NCBI GenBank assembly: GCA_029953675.1 | Contig: JAMWBK010000004.1 | Location: 1,012,001-1,260,000, forward strand | DNA length: 248,000 bases | Reading direction: 5' to 3' | Origin: Rhodosorus marinus CCMP1338 | Lineage: Eukaryota; Plantae; Rhodophyta | In this document: piece after piece, positions 108,401-119,742 of the stretch | How the letters are laid out: every line of letters begins with the position of its first letter | How positions within the stretch are numbered: the stretch's first letter is position 1 | Made by a program: the position numbers and the translations under genes | Notes under the pieces: model-generated | The model's input: only the letters and a program-made list of their open reading frames with translations | Told to the model about the DNA's origin: nothing | The model's database searches: none

Positions 108401-108768
108401 TGCGCGAACGGCAGGACAACGGACAGTACACAGTTCCAGACCACGGCGATTTTTTCTTTGTTGAGATCGATCTCGCGATTAGCGACAACAGAAACGTGAT
108501 TGTTGCTTCGACACAGATTCGACCGCAGACCGTCACCGTCGGGGTTACAACTATGCCATCAGGTCTTAAGGTCGCAGTGGACTCCCTCTCAGGCCCATCG
108601 CCGCTCAAATCGATTGTAGTCGTCGGTGCGAACTTCACCGTGAACGTTCCGACAAAGTCTTACGGCGGAGACTTTCAGGGGTGGGATGACAACCCTAGCG
108701 TGGGCCCCACGAGATCGTTCCTGTTCAATACGCCGGGAACCAGAGACTACAACGCCTTCTATTCATGA
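105460..108768 (+). CDS. Secreted PQQ-dependent glucose/sorbosone dehydrogenase-like protein with SbsA Ig-like, NPCBM/NEW2-like and PKD-like domains
   Basis: HNLGGL.MSPGGNLYVGIGD, YGTRNPFR, NFGWPCIEG, GPDGWLYY; VRVHPP..VKFSKQID; YLSDL..ISLRGVSYEKGIGV; intronless 1102 aa. Confidence 0.88.
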   Translation: MGKFVFLVLVLLGLVGWGGVGGVVVEMEDIVHETVLEGEFEVPIDIDWIPGDPPRMILCDKSGVIYLQIDGVLQSKPFLDISDKVVSFGDRGLVSCLIDKEFEKRPFLYVSYVDNRVNNPADGPLSGKVARYAVESDLSSASEEEVVLLGTETPPPEGCGTTPSIGKKDILCLDTRHHNLGGLTMSPGGNLYVGIGDAAMPVVFDGLPLRAQDPDFAVGKIYCIMPNGLACADNPFVDDEGNRTSNRAKLHNYGTRNPFRLNWDPVLGVPLVGQVGHSTIESLFPGYPLSNFGWPCIEGNEVNVKTTEQPVCVDMADGAIKVESPLWAYSHDLGTSITGAARLTSSIWPSNLRGLIAVCDYTKQWIKLIEVDEGGIVGRPKDLLSDLKGPVQLKQGPDGWLYYLSLVGRKVVRIRYEEDESVPEVVRVHPPAMAENVEVTEVLRVKFSKQIDERTISGQNIWAAKRATEERVEATLEWDPATKEVVIRPVSRLYKMTYYVVTVLADIEDGRGQKLKSKFMSSFMTGTGLSVYLSDLPFLTEQNGIKSVPVLRDLQQFLDLEQVQPPISLRGVSYEKGIGVVCRSTVKVALPEECKRFQSYVGVDDLRKALETVELFFKVRKFSPGAGAETLYEDISALTRSKRAKLIDVNVRGAETVTISCRKSDVTRFGLAIGSWADAKFRCGDYDRNRPEVVRMEPVGRLRIWEAITVVFSEPMDIISSLEATEMLLPIALGGYEIGFTAKFSADQTQMIIQPNQQLLYDTTYLVTIKSSARDLAGNELRGDVKHEFMTTTIYPRGLKVRLAELTVQVVDPPEAFTTSSEGRNAVLRLRSDVSVEYMAPGVCRTLKMNVAANPSGSDLDFKVTGDRGQSLCRSRGIRGSDEPIHLECSLKDQNTFKLVATGGTGVVRVLDAVLECSSEAKQSRCLFDSDMPESFRVHDNISFGAKCYNYKGDLIPASMYVFTVKLIHCQTICHAHVELVRERQDNGQYTVPDHGDFFFVEIDLAISDNRNVIVASTQIRPQTVTVGVTTMPSGLKVAVDSLSGPSPLKSIVVVGANFTVNVPTKSYGGDFQGWDDNPSVGPTRSFLFNTPGTRDYNAFYS

Positions 108769-109769
108769 GCGGGAAGAAGAGGAAGAGGAGGCACTGAGGA
108801 ACTCTCTTAGCTCTATAGAGAAATCCATACGATGGGGCGCTTGTGATGAGCTTCGCTGGGACCAGTGCAGATCTGAATTTGGACCTCCCTATGAAGCTCC
108901 CACGTGAGCTCTGAATACGTGTTAGTCAAATTCTGTAAGTTATGTGAAGTAGATATTCGGAATAGAACTTTCCTTCAGAACGCCCAACACGACGGCGCTC
109001 ATGAGTGTTCACAGCGATTGCCCAGATTCAGATCACACCCTAGGACTATAAAAAACGTGGCGTGGTGGTTTCAATCAGGGTGTAGAGGAGATTCTTCTCA
109101 ACACTTCAAAAAAGCCCTAAAAATACATCCACTTCATCTGTCCCTTTCCAGCTGTTCCATCGGACTAGCCACAGACCATCAAAACCTTATTTACATGAAG
109201 CTAAATCGCATTGGATGGGATGGTTTACATTGGCTATGAGAATGGTTGGATCGCTTGCACTCAATGGACCAGTATATCTGTGCTACTATAAGCAGTCAGC
109301 CGAGTCTCAGCTGCTCTACGTGCGGTGGATGAGGCCATCCACTCCTGGGATGGACTACTAAAAAATGCAACTTCGGACACAAAGTTGCAGCGAAGATCGC
109401 GCCCCTCCAACATCAAATCACCGTTCATACGCCACAGCAAGAAACTTAAATGGGTAAACGAGGACAGACGGTCAGGGTGTTCGCGGAACACTTCTTCAAG
109501 CCAACGAGAACCAACAGAATTTGCAAACCCAAAGCACTCAATGACCACAGGTAGCAGACGATGAGCTAGAGCCGAAGCACGAATCCCTGGGGAAGATGAA
109601 GCCCCCGGATATTTCAACTCTTTGCGACGTCTCTTACTGGCACCGGAAAATCCACGGCACTCTCCCGCAGCCGGCAAATAACGACTCAGCTGAGGATTAG
109701 GAACAGCAAGGTCAATGTAAGTCGTACGGCTGTTATCGTCACAGGTGACCACGAGATCAGCCACGCGGC

Positions 109770-112700
109770 GTTCATCATTTTGGTAGATTATATTGAATGA
109801 ATTGGTTTAATCGGAGGCTGAAACAAAAAAAAACTGAGGCTGTGGCGCGCCTCGGCGAGCATGTTGCTAGAATACGGCAGAAAGCGACATTTAGACGGCG
109901 GCGGAGCACCAGATATTCTTCAGGATGTTCGGTAAAACAGTTGCGCAGCCACTCCAAGCTTGACTTTGACAGATGTCCAAAGCTTTCCACAATGAAAGGC
110001 TGGACTTTACTAGCATAGCCTGAAGCGATGAAAGGCTGGAACCTGTGAGACCGGCCCTCTTCACGGAGAAGACTGGCCATGCTCTCAGCGTACCGTCGTT
110101 CCCTCACAAGGCGAAGTATAGAAGCTGCTGCCCCCGTGCGGGGCACCGCAGAAGGGAAATGGGTACTGCACACGGGGCAAGTAACAGCGAGGTCCAAATA
110201 TACTGAGCGTCTGGCGGCGGCCTTTGATACCAGAAGATCTTTGATGCAACGAGGAGATGTGGTTGCGGAGGGTGTACTAGGCAGTGCCGATTCCACCTCG
110301 ATCGTGTAGGCAACTCTTGTCAAGTGTTCGTTCAGGATGTATTTCAGGCGCGTGTGTCTCTTCGTACGATGACCCCGTAGCAGTTCACACGAGCGCAAAA
110401 ACGGTTGCCCACATCCGTCGATACGGCTCGCACAACCTTGGCAGAAGGCAGGGCGATTAGAATGCCAAGGGGCCGGTGGCAAACCCAGGTAGGTGCGTGC
110501 TGCAGTCCGGAACTGGAAAGCGTTCAGCGTTGGCCCCGTGACGAGGGCAGAGTGGTTAGACATAGGTGAAAGATAGATGACCTCCCATGCCCTGTAGACG
110601 AGCCGCAGTGGTAGGTGGTGTGAGTGGAGAGTTGAGCAAGATTGTGTGAGCAGCACTGTGTTGGTCCCAAGGAAGGCTATGTTGGATCACATCAGTGCGG
110701 GAGCTTCGCGATCTGCTTATTCCCGGGTAATCGGCCTCGAGTGACTGAGGACCGACTGGCGTAATCGTTGGCATCGCCACCTCTCCGCTAACTTCCGGAT
110801 GCTCTCAATCATTCCGATGGGCCGAAGACGCGGTTGCTCATGCGAATGATCGGCTTTCGCAAACAAGCAAAGCTGTGCCCGCCGTAAGTGTGCCTACGGT
110901 GTGGACGCGCGTACAGTTCCCTGCAAAAAGGCATTCAGAGTCTTCACCAATGCGCGTCGGCCCGTCTCGCTCAAAGCCTGCAATAATTCCGTGCGAAGGT
111001 CTGAAGGCCCAGGGGAACGGTCGCGGTGGGAGGTACGGAGAAGTGAGGCTATGTTGGATCACATCAGTGCGTGAGCTCCACGATCTGTTTATACCCGGTT
111101 AATCGGCCACGGGTGACTGGGGCCTGGCTCCACTATCGTCCGCCAGCACACGATTAACCGTAGATTCCACTACAGCCTCATTGCGTCCCCATAGCACTTC
111201 CTTCCAGGAAGTGAACTTAGATCGATTCTCCTCTGGCACGGCATTGCAAGGACGAAACGACTGGCGCAGGCCGTCGTAGATGCGCAGTAGCGGTCGCGGA
111301 AGGTTGACTGGGTCATCGTTCGTCAGTGCCCAAGTCAAAAGGCACGCACTGCGGAACCTAAATCCCACAAGGGAATGAAGAGCGGTGGCCCAGGAAGCCA
111401 CCGTCGCCGTCGACAAGACGTCGGTCACCCACTCCAAAGCCTCCCAGGCGCGCGCAGGGTAGAGCATCCGAGCCCGTACCAGGTCCCTATCAGGTGCCGA
111501 TGTCGAAGAAGTGGTTCGTCCAATAGTGTGCCCCAATATCGCCTCGTCCGACATAGCAGCAATCCACGCTCCCCGTTGGGGTGGAAGACTTCTCAGCCAA
111601 TAGTTGAGGAGGGACCCGCACAAAGTTGAGGAGGGACCCGCACAAAATCGAGAAATCAGGAACACCGATAGCAGCATACCATCAGGAAGGCCCTCAATGG
111701 CATATCTCAGCTGCCTTGTGCTTGGTCAAAACTCGTTCGCAGGAGGCTTGCGCGAAGCTATCACTTTCCAGCCTAATACCATGATGCATCAGACCCTCAG
111801 GTCGGCAAAGGTGCATGAGAGCGTCGGCCAGACTACCCGTAGGGCACCCAGTGAGGCCCCTACGGGGCCTCACTGGGTGGGGGAAAACAACACTTCTCCG
111901 GCACGACTGTCAACCCCACCTCACTTGCAATAGCTTGGATCCCGCCAACCCCGATCTAGATCCGAAGGGCTACCCATCAACGTCACATTATCATGATATG
112001 CACAGATTCGTAGGTCCTCCATCTCAATCGCGAGCTGCGAGGCACAGGCGTGAAGGACCGGCCCACAAGGATCCCCTTGTTGTATCCCTGTGTATGCTTC
112101 AAAAAATTTCACCCCCAGCAGGCATGTACGGGAGCACAGTAAATCCCAACTAAAAAAGGCCAAGCCTCAGGAAACACCCTTCGAACCACCTCCACTGCGT
112201 GCGTCAGGGATATTTCCGAAAAGCTGTTGAAAGCGCGCCGGAAATCAATAGCCAGGATGCCCCAGGCCGGCTTAGTGGCCCGTTCTAGCTCGATCGCATG
112301 GGTATTCGCATCCCCCAGAAAACCCCACCGCCACTTGGAGAGGAGCCAAAAAAAATTGTAACACGCTGGCCTGGTCGCTGGCGTAGCCACCTCCCCACTA
112401 ACTTCCGTATGCTCTCAATCATTCCGATGGTCCGAAGCCGAGGGTGCTCAGGCGAGTGATCGGCTTTCGCAAGCAAACAAAGCTGCGCCCGCTGTAAGTT
112501 TGCCCACGGCGTGGACGCGAGTAGAGTTCCCGGCATTCAGAATCTTCACCAATGCGCGTCGGCCCCGTCTCGCTCAGGGCCTGCAATACTCCCGTTCGAA
112601 GGCCTGAAGGCCCAGGGGACCTTCCGCGGCGGGAGGTACGGAGAAGTTCCTCCAAATCGAACTCGCGGGGCGTCGTATCTATGCGAAGGCCGGCCAACTC

Positions 112701-113300
112701 TGGTCGGTCGAGAAGGGCAGCGAAGTTGAGCTGGAGCTCCACATCAGACGACGGAAATAATGCTGATATCGGTTCCGCCAGCCGGTCATCATAGGGAAGG
112801 ACAGGCACTTGTCCCTCCAAAACCTGTGCCGCTCGACTCAAATCACCAACCTCCACCAACTTCTGCACCCGAGCCGTCATGTGCGAGGCACCCTCGGACT
112901 TGACCGTGCGTACCGAGGCCTCGAGCGACCTCATGTAAATACTTTGCATAACCTCAAGTTCCCCACGCAGGAACATTGCGAGCCGGTCCCGGACATGCCA
113001 GCTACGCGCTAATGTACGAGCGGGGCCAGGATCGAACGCGGCACGGAGGCCTCTGACAAGCCGATGTTCTGTCGAGACGAAGTCACCTGCCAGGTGATCG
113101 GTTTCTGGGAGCTCTACGTGGAAGTTGCTCCAGAACTTAGTAATCTGACCATCACCTTGATAGATAGATGCGCCCATGTTGCCGACTGCGAACGTGTGTG
113201 GTCATCAGGGGCCCGCACACGTACAGCAATCCGGAACAGATTGCAGGCGGAGCGAATTTTCATTGATTGAAACTGTGAAGTTGGGAACCACGAAAGCGAC
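109770..113300 (-). mobile_element. Degenerate divergent family B-type element
   Basis: RT (GIQQGDPCGP, YHDNV) and RLE fragments. Confidence 0.8.
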
Positions 113301-116300
113301 TTGCCAGTCACGGGAGTTCATGTGGAACCCTTGTCCTGTTCGAAATACTGCTGGAATCCTCAGGTTTAGGACGGTAAACGGAGGGGGTGGTGCTAAGGCC
113401 TTGTAGAAGCTTCTATAGATGTTCCACCGCCTCCGCAGAACTGCTTCCCCATCCTGTCAACGCACCGTTTTCAATCGCCTAAGCTTCCATAACTGTTGTT
113501 CCACTACAGACTCATTGTGTGGACATAGCATCTCCTCCTAGGAACTGAACTTAGATCGATTCTTTTCCGGCACGGCATTGCACCGACGAAACGCCTGTTG
113601 CAGGCCGTTATAGATGCGCAGTAACGGCGGCGGAAGGTTGACCTGGTCATCGTTCGTCAGCGCCCGCGGAACCTAAACTTCACCGCATGAGGGAACGACG
113701 GTACGCTCAGAGCATGGCCGGTCTTCCCCGGGAAGAGGGCCGGTCTCTCAGATTCCAGCGTTTCTTTGTGGAAACCTTTGGGCATCTGGAAAAGTCAAGC
113801 TTGGAGTGGCTACATAAGAGCTTTACCGAATATCCTGAAGAATATCTGGTGCCCCTCCGCAGTTTAAGAATCGCACTCTGGCGGTATTCTAGAAACATGC
113901 TCGCCACCGTCGCCTGGGTTTACATGCTCTCCTTCCTAGTCGCTAATTTCCTTCTACGTTTTCCGTAGCGCATCAGGCTATGTTAGTAAAACCACCATCA
114001 CTGTTGTGCGGCGCTCCCTTCAAAGAGCGATTCTGAAAATCAAAAAAACCCCTTACCCCTGAAAAGAGTTCCATTTTCCCGTTACCCACTAAAAACCCGC
114101 GATAGTCATTAAATGTTCATCGCCCAGCCACCAAATTCTCTACGGATGCACTGGAATCGCCTATTGCCCGCACTTACAGGCCCGCCCCGCCCTTAAACCC
114201 CCCTGTTTTCGCAGGTTTACCCACTTCTGGGTCGAAAACAGTCAAAAACCCAATGGGCCCAACCCTACTCCGAGTTGTTTTACTGTTTTGCAATAGTCTG
114301 CCCATCCGCTTGAAGAATTATCGGTACCTCCAGATAAACGTTATCCGCGGCACATGACAGCACAAGAGAACGAACGAATGGTTTAATCGGAGGCTGAAAG
114401 AAAAAACCCCGAGGGGAAAAAAAGACTATGTGCGGCGAAGAACTCGCGCCTCCAACATCAAAGCGGCATTCATGCGCCACAGCAGGAAACGTAAGCGGGT
114501 AAACAACGATTGAAGACGGTCAGGGCGTTCGCGGAACAACTCCCGAAGCCAGCGAGAACCAACAGAGTCCATGAACCCAAAGCACTCAATGATCAGGGGA
114601 CAAGAGAGAGGAAAACAACTCGAAAAAGGAAGAAATTTTGTACCAGACGGTGGCCTACTTCTAAATCACTTTCTACACGTTTGTCGTACATTTTGCACTG
114701 GAACCCTTTTTTTACCCGATGGTGATTGTCAATTCCAACCAGTCCGATCAAATTTTTGATGTCCTATAGAAGGCTACCAAAATGATGAACGCCGCATGGA
114801 TGACCTCTCGTGGTCACCTGTGGCGATAGCCGCCGTACGACGTACATTGATCTGTACATTGATCTAGCTGTTCCTAATCCTCAGGATAGTCACCATGTGC
114901 CGGCTGCGGGAGAGCGCCGTGGATTTGCCGCTGCCAGTATGAAACGATGCAATTAGTTGAAATATGCGGGGTCTTTGCTTCCGAACCTGGTACGCCGTCT
115001 AGGGAAGATTCTGCGTCATATCATGGGCTAGCCGCTGCTTGTCTTCGAACTGCTTCGGAATCTTCGGCATAACTAAGCCATATGCCCGTGATGGTCTCCA
115101 ACGGGTTATTTCATTGTCGAAAGTCGGCTGTGAATTGGGTTTTCTGCCGTACCTGGATTTGCGATGAGTATTTGCTCGTCGCTTTTGTAACTTACCGCTC
115201 CACAACATGTACATGTTTTCCCATACTCTTCGTACACATCTCGCTCCGAACCCTTCCCCCTTCACATGGTAATCGATATGTCTTTTATAGCCTTGTGCAA
115301 ACGTTCACATCCTAATCACCATCGTGCAAAAACGCAATAAATTTCTAATACTAGACAGCTCGCCCTCAACATCTTCCCAACGACAACGTTTTCGGTGGGC
115401 GCTACTTCTTCTGACTCAGATTACATTTAATCTTCTATTGTTCTGCTGAAATTTTCTTTTACAGGAACTTACGAAAGTGGCACAGTTGAGCCTTACAATC
115501 GGTTACCGCCAACTGGTAAGTCCTCCACGGGGACTCCTGCCGAGAATTGCTCGTCCGCGAAGGGGTACTTGGATTGGTAGACCGTTCCTAGCAGCTATTT
115601 TAGATAGCACCGCAACCCCCAAAGCGATGAAATTCATACAGCTGAGGCTCAATCTACAGGATACTTATCCCATGTTAGTGCTTGGGATCAGTCTGAATAT
115701 CGAGAATGTTTCGGATGCGTGAACGTGTTTGAACGTCCTGGTTCAAGAAATCAAAGCTTGACGACTATAATCCCACAGGAATTCCTTATCAGCCATCGAC
115801 AAGAATACATGACCTCCGCTTTTAGCAAGGATTATAAGGATCGCCTAGCGAGGCTCTCGAGAAAGTAAACCGGCTCTTTGCTTTATTTTACTTCCTCCGA
115901 AGCCGACATTGTCTGTTTACAGAATCATAGCAAGCGCTTAAGAACCGAATTCGAGCCACAGGGCACGTCCAAGTTGTGGCATATTGGGGGTGTTGAGCTC
116001 CCCTTGTCAGCCAAAAGAAGCGTATAAAAACGTCCGCCGCCGGAAAAAGAAGACACCCTCGCCCGGAACGGAATCACGTAGCGGGCACTAGCAGCAGATG
116101 TTGTAAAGTACCATCTCACCTGCTCCAGGAAAGCATATACTTGTAGTTTTGCACGCGGAGGAATATCCGGGCGGATGTTGACTAAAAAACCTAGCTGACA
116201 GGTTGTGCTTGCGGGTTTGATTTTGAATAAGTCATATTGACTGACTGAAAAAGAGATACAACAGACTGATAGTCGTGGTTCTGATTGTGTTGCGATGACC

Positions 116301-118173
116301 GTAACGCCGCTACATCAATATTCAGAGTCCGTTCAGTCATTTGCGGAAGCAGCAAACCTCACGGCGAGGATTCCACAAGCATATGGACTAGTTTTTTCAG
116401 CGGGCAGACTCTCTCAGTAATTCAATTAAAGCGACATCAAGGCCATTAAACTGACAAATTCATACAGAAACGTCGCAAAACTAGTTTCTTCAGCAGCTAA
116501 TATCCGGTAGTATCCCTTCAGTCCTTGCGTACAACGGCTATTCCCCACCAGCACACAGACTTCCCCGCGCTGGGAATCAAAAACTAACAAAAAACGGGAA
116601 GTAGTTGGGAGAGGCTTGTAAACCCGCAGGGCGAGGGCTCCACACACGCCCACAAAGTATTTGGTTGTTTTTTTGCAGGAATTCGTACCCCAGCCCGCAT
116701 GGCAAACCGCTTTAAGCGACGAATATGTTCCGTGTGATCCCCGAGCGGCTCTCCTCGCTGCTCACCCGTTTGAGTTTCCTGTTGTGGCATAATAACGCAG
116801 CTTTGATGTTGAAGGTGCATGGTCTTCGCCGTCACTAATCTTCCTCCAGCAGCCCCCCCAGCTTTTCTTGTTCATCCTCCGAACAATGATCTTCTTCTGC
116901 TTCTACTAAACGTGATCAGGATCCTTTCAGTCTTTGCTGAGACGGCAGGGATACCGCCGGGCGAGGACGAACCACCACCGGCACCACGCGCACGCGGGGG
117001 AGCGCCGGGGATTCAAAAAAGACAAAAAAACAAATATCTGGACCCCCTGGACATGGGGTGCAAGTGAGTTTAGAGCGAACGCGTAGTAGTGGTATTGCGC
117101 TGCGGTAGGTCGCTGCCGAATAAAGGCTACGGGGTCAAGGATGCGTAATCAGAGAATGATCAGGCAGCTAACTTCCTCATGGACATCACCTTGTGGACGT
117201 TTCTGCAGTGTAAATTTTCAAGCTGGTGACCTCTATCGTATGCCACGAAGTTCGGCTTAAGTAGAAAGTACCAACCCTTTCATCCCCCCTTCAAAAACAC
117301 TCCATAGGGATTTTTATAATATATTTCTGCACCCCAAAGAGGTCGGCTTTAGGTGGTCCAACAGGGGTACCCAGTCACTTCGTTAGTGAAACCACCAACT
117401 GGTTTCTTTCCGCTGCCTTAAAATAAATGGCTTACCTCCCCAATCACACACCCCAACGAAGCCGCATGAATGCCGCTTTGATGTTGGAGGCGCGAGTACT
117501 TCGCCGCGCTTAGTCTTTTTTTCCCCTCGGGGTTTTTTTTTCAGCCTCCGATTAAACCATTCGTTCAACGAAGCCCAACCCGCTCCAGCATACACTGACG
117601 CTCAAACCCCGAACGACACTCAAATTACGCCCCATTCGATACAGTCAGTTGCTTTATTCTGGTCACTATCGTAAATTCATTTCATTCATCGTATTCACGA
117701 TAACACAAATCATTAACAAACGAAATATTTTCCCAATGTGAAAGCCTATGCGCTTTAAAACATCTATTATACGAATATAATATATCATAAAATAGTATTT
117801 ATTGAGTACACTCAAGAGTGTACACACTCTTTATTTGCAATCTATATTATCCTTATTTATTAAGCAATGGCCTGAGTCAGGTATCGCGATGCGTATTCTG
117901 AGGGGAATGTCTGTTGAATGAATTGAGGTACTGTTTAGAACGAACTGTTTAGTGTAACGAGCAGAAAGGGTTCATTGACTGAATTTGCATTTGGGTGGAG
118001 CAGTCGGAGCAGACTTGGAACTAAGAACCGAGAGATTAGCGGGATTTCATGGCATAATGAAATCTGGTGGGTAGTCTAAGAACTTCCTTGCGTAGCGCTT
118101 CAGGCTATGCTAGTAAAGTCCAGTCTAAGAGCATATATATGTATTGGAGAGAACCCTAAAAGGGGTGGATTAG

Positions 118174-118617
118174 GTGGGTTTGGTGTTGGTGGCTTTGCTA
118201 CCGGGAGGTTGGGAAATCCAGATGCTCTGGCGAGACTTCATGGTCGGGCGTAGCTGGATTTGTGATATATGCTTCAGATCCTACGCGACCAAATGGAACC
118301 TGAAGAATCATAAACGTAAGCACAAGGATGAACGGACGTACGTCTGCAGCTGTGGGGAGCGCTTTCTATGGAAGCCGCAGCTGGACACCCACCAGCGGAG
118401 TGTAGTCTGCCAGGATATAGATGAGGTGATCGAGGAACTGTTTCTCGGCACTTCGGTAAGCGAGGACAATATTCTGGTCGAGGGACAGCGAGATATTAGC
118501 GATCGTGAAGCCAAAGAGGGAGGCAGCTCTGAGACAAGCAAACGGTGCATCAAGAAACGTCGAAAAAAATGGACTAGACGAGCACTTTCTGAGCAAGAAG
118601 ATTCCAGCGACGACTAG
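118174..118617 (+). CDS. C2H2 zinc-finger protein
   Basis: CDICFRSYATKWNLKNHKRKH and CSCGERF..KPQLDTHQR. Confidence 0.7.
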   Translation: MGLVLVALLPGGWEIQMLWRDFMVGRSWICDICFRSYATKWNLKNHKRKHKDERTYVCSCGERFLWKPQLDTHQRSVVCQDIDEVIEELFLGTSVSEDNILVEGQRDISDREAKEGGSSETSKRCIKKRRKKWTRRALSEQEDSSDD

Positions 118618-119742
118618 AGATACTGTTTCCCCGGCGCGCTGGCTTTGGTTTTGGGAACTAAAATACATGTCTGGCCTCCCTCAACGACAGTTCAACCAGG
118701 CATACTAGGAGTCAACAAGCAAGCTCACGACCCAGAAAAAAGGGTTGCAACGCTTGGCGTTCACTCATTTTCGTGCTATCTCATTTGCTGCGGAGGGAGT
118801 CGAACAAAGGCTAAGGAGTGCCGTGGAGCATCCGCTGATCGTACGGGTCCTCAAAACGAAGCCACGTTGCGAAGGTGCGCGGGACCGGGGGGGGGGAGAG
118901 TCCAGCGCAGGAGATCGGGCCTCAGCACGCTCTCCTCTTAGGAAAGGTGGAAGCGTCCATTCCTGAGGATGATCCCAGAAATCCAGCCACTACCGCAGAC
119001 AACGTTGGTGATAATGTTGCTCATCTGCATTGGGCCTTAGTTGGTAGCCCGGGATTACGGGTTTATTTCGCCTTTCTGGACTCTGCATGCTCACGCCGGC
119101 TTCTTGAATTTTGTCCAGGAGTGCCCAGATCAGCTCTGCTCTCCGAAAAGACTGCCGGGTTCTCTGCAGTGGCACGTGAATGTTGCTTTGATGTTGGAGA
119201 TGCGATTTACTCCTTAAGTAGTGTTTCATTCCCCTCGAGGCTTTATCTGATCTCAAAATAGACAGATTGACTAATCTTAGCTTGGCTGTCAGGAAAGCAG
119301 TCAGAGTTAGGTTGCTCCGGCAAAGCAGGAGCAAAGTATAATTCCTCCACCACTGTATGTTCTAACTACAATGGATAGCCCTCCGCAGTGGATGACGTGA
119401 GGACTGGAGGGCTAGTCCGAGATCTATCGCTTTTAGGGCTCTCGTTCTCGCTGCCTTGTGAACAATTAACACCTTTTCTGCCCTCAGAAACTCAGAGAGA
119501 GGAGTACGGACGGGCTGTAAGTCAGCTTTCAGACTAGCTAGGATTCCTCACCGTGCGTCTGAGAGGATCTGGATAAGTAATTCGTATTCGAAGAGGCTTG
119601 GAACTGAATAAAAAATAGATGCTCGTTTTATAGTCGGATGACCCGAGGTTTCCTAGCATTCGATCCCCCTGAAACTTTCACGAAAAGGTCAGGTCTCGTC
119701 ACCTTCGCAAACATCTCGGATCTTCCTCGGCGATCTACACGA

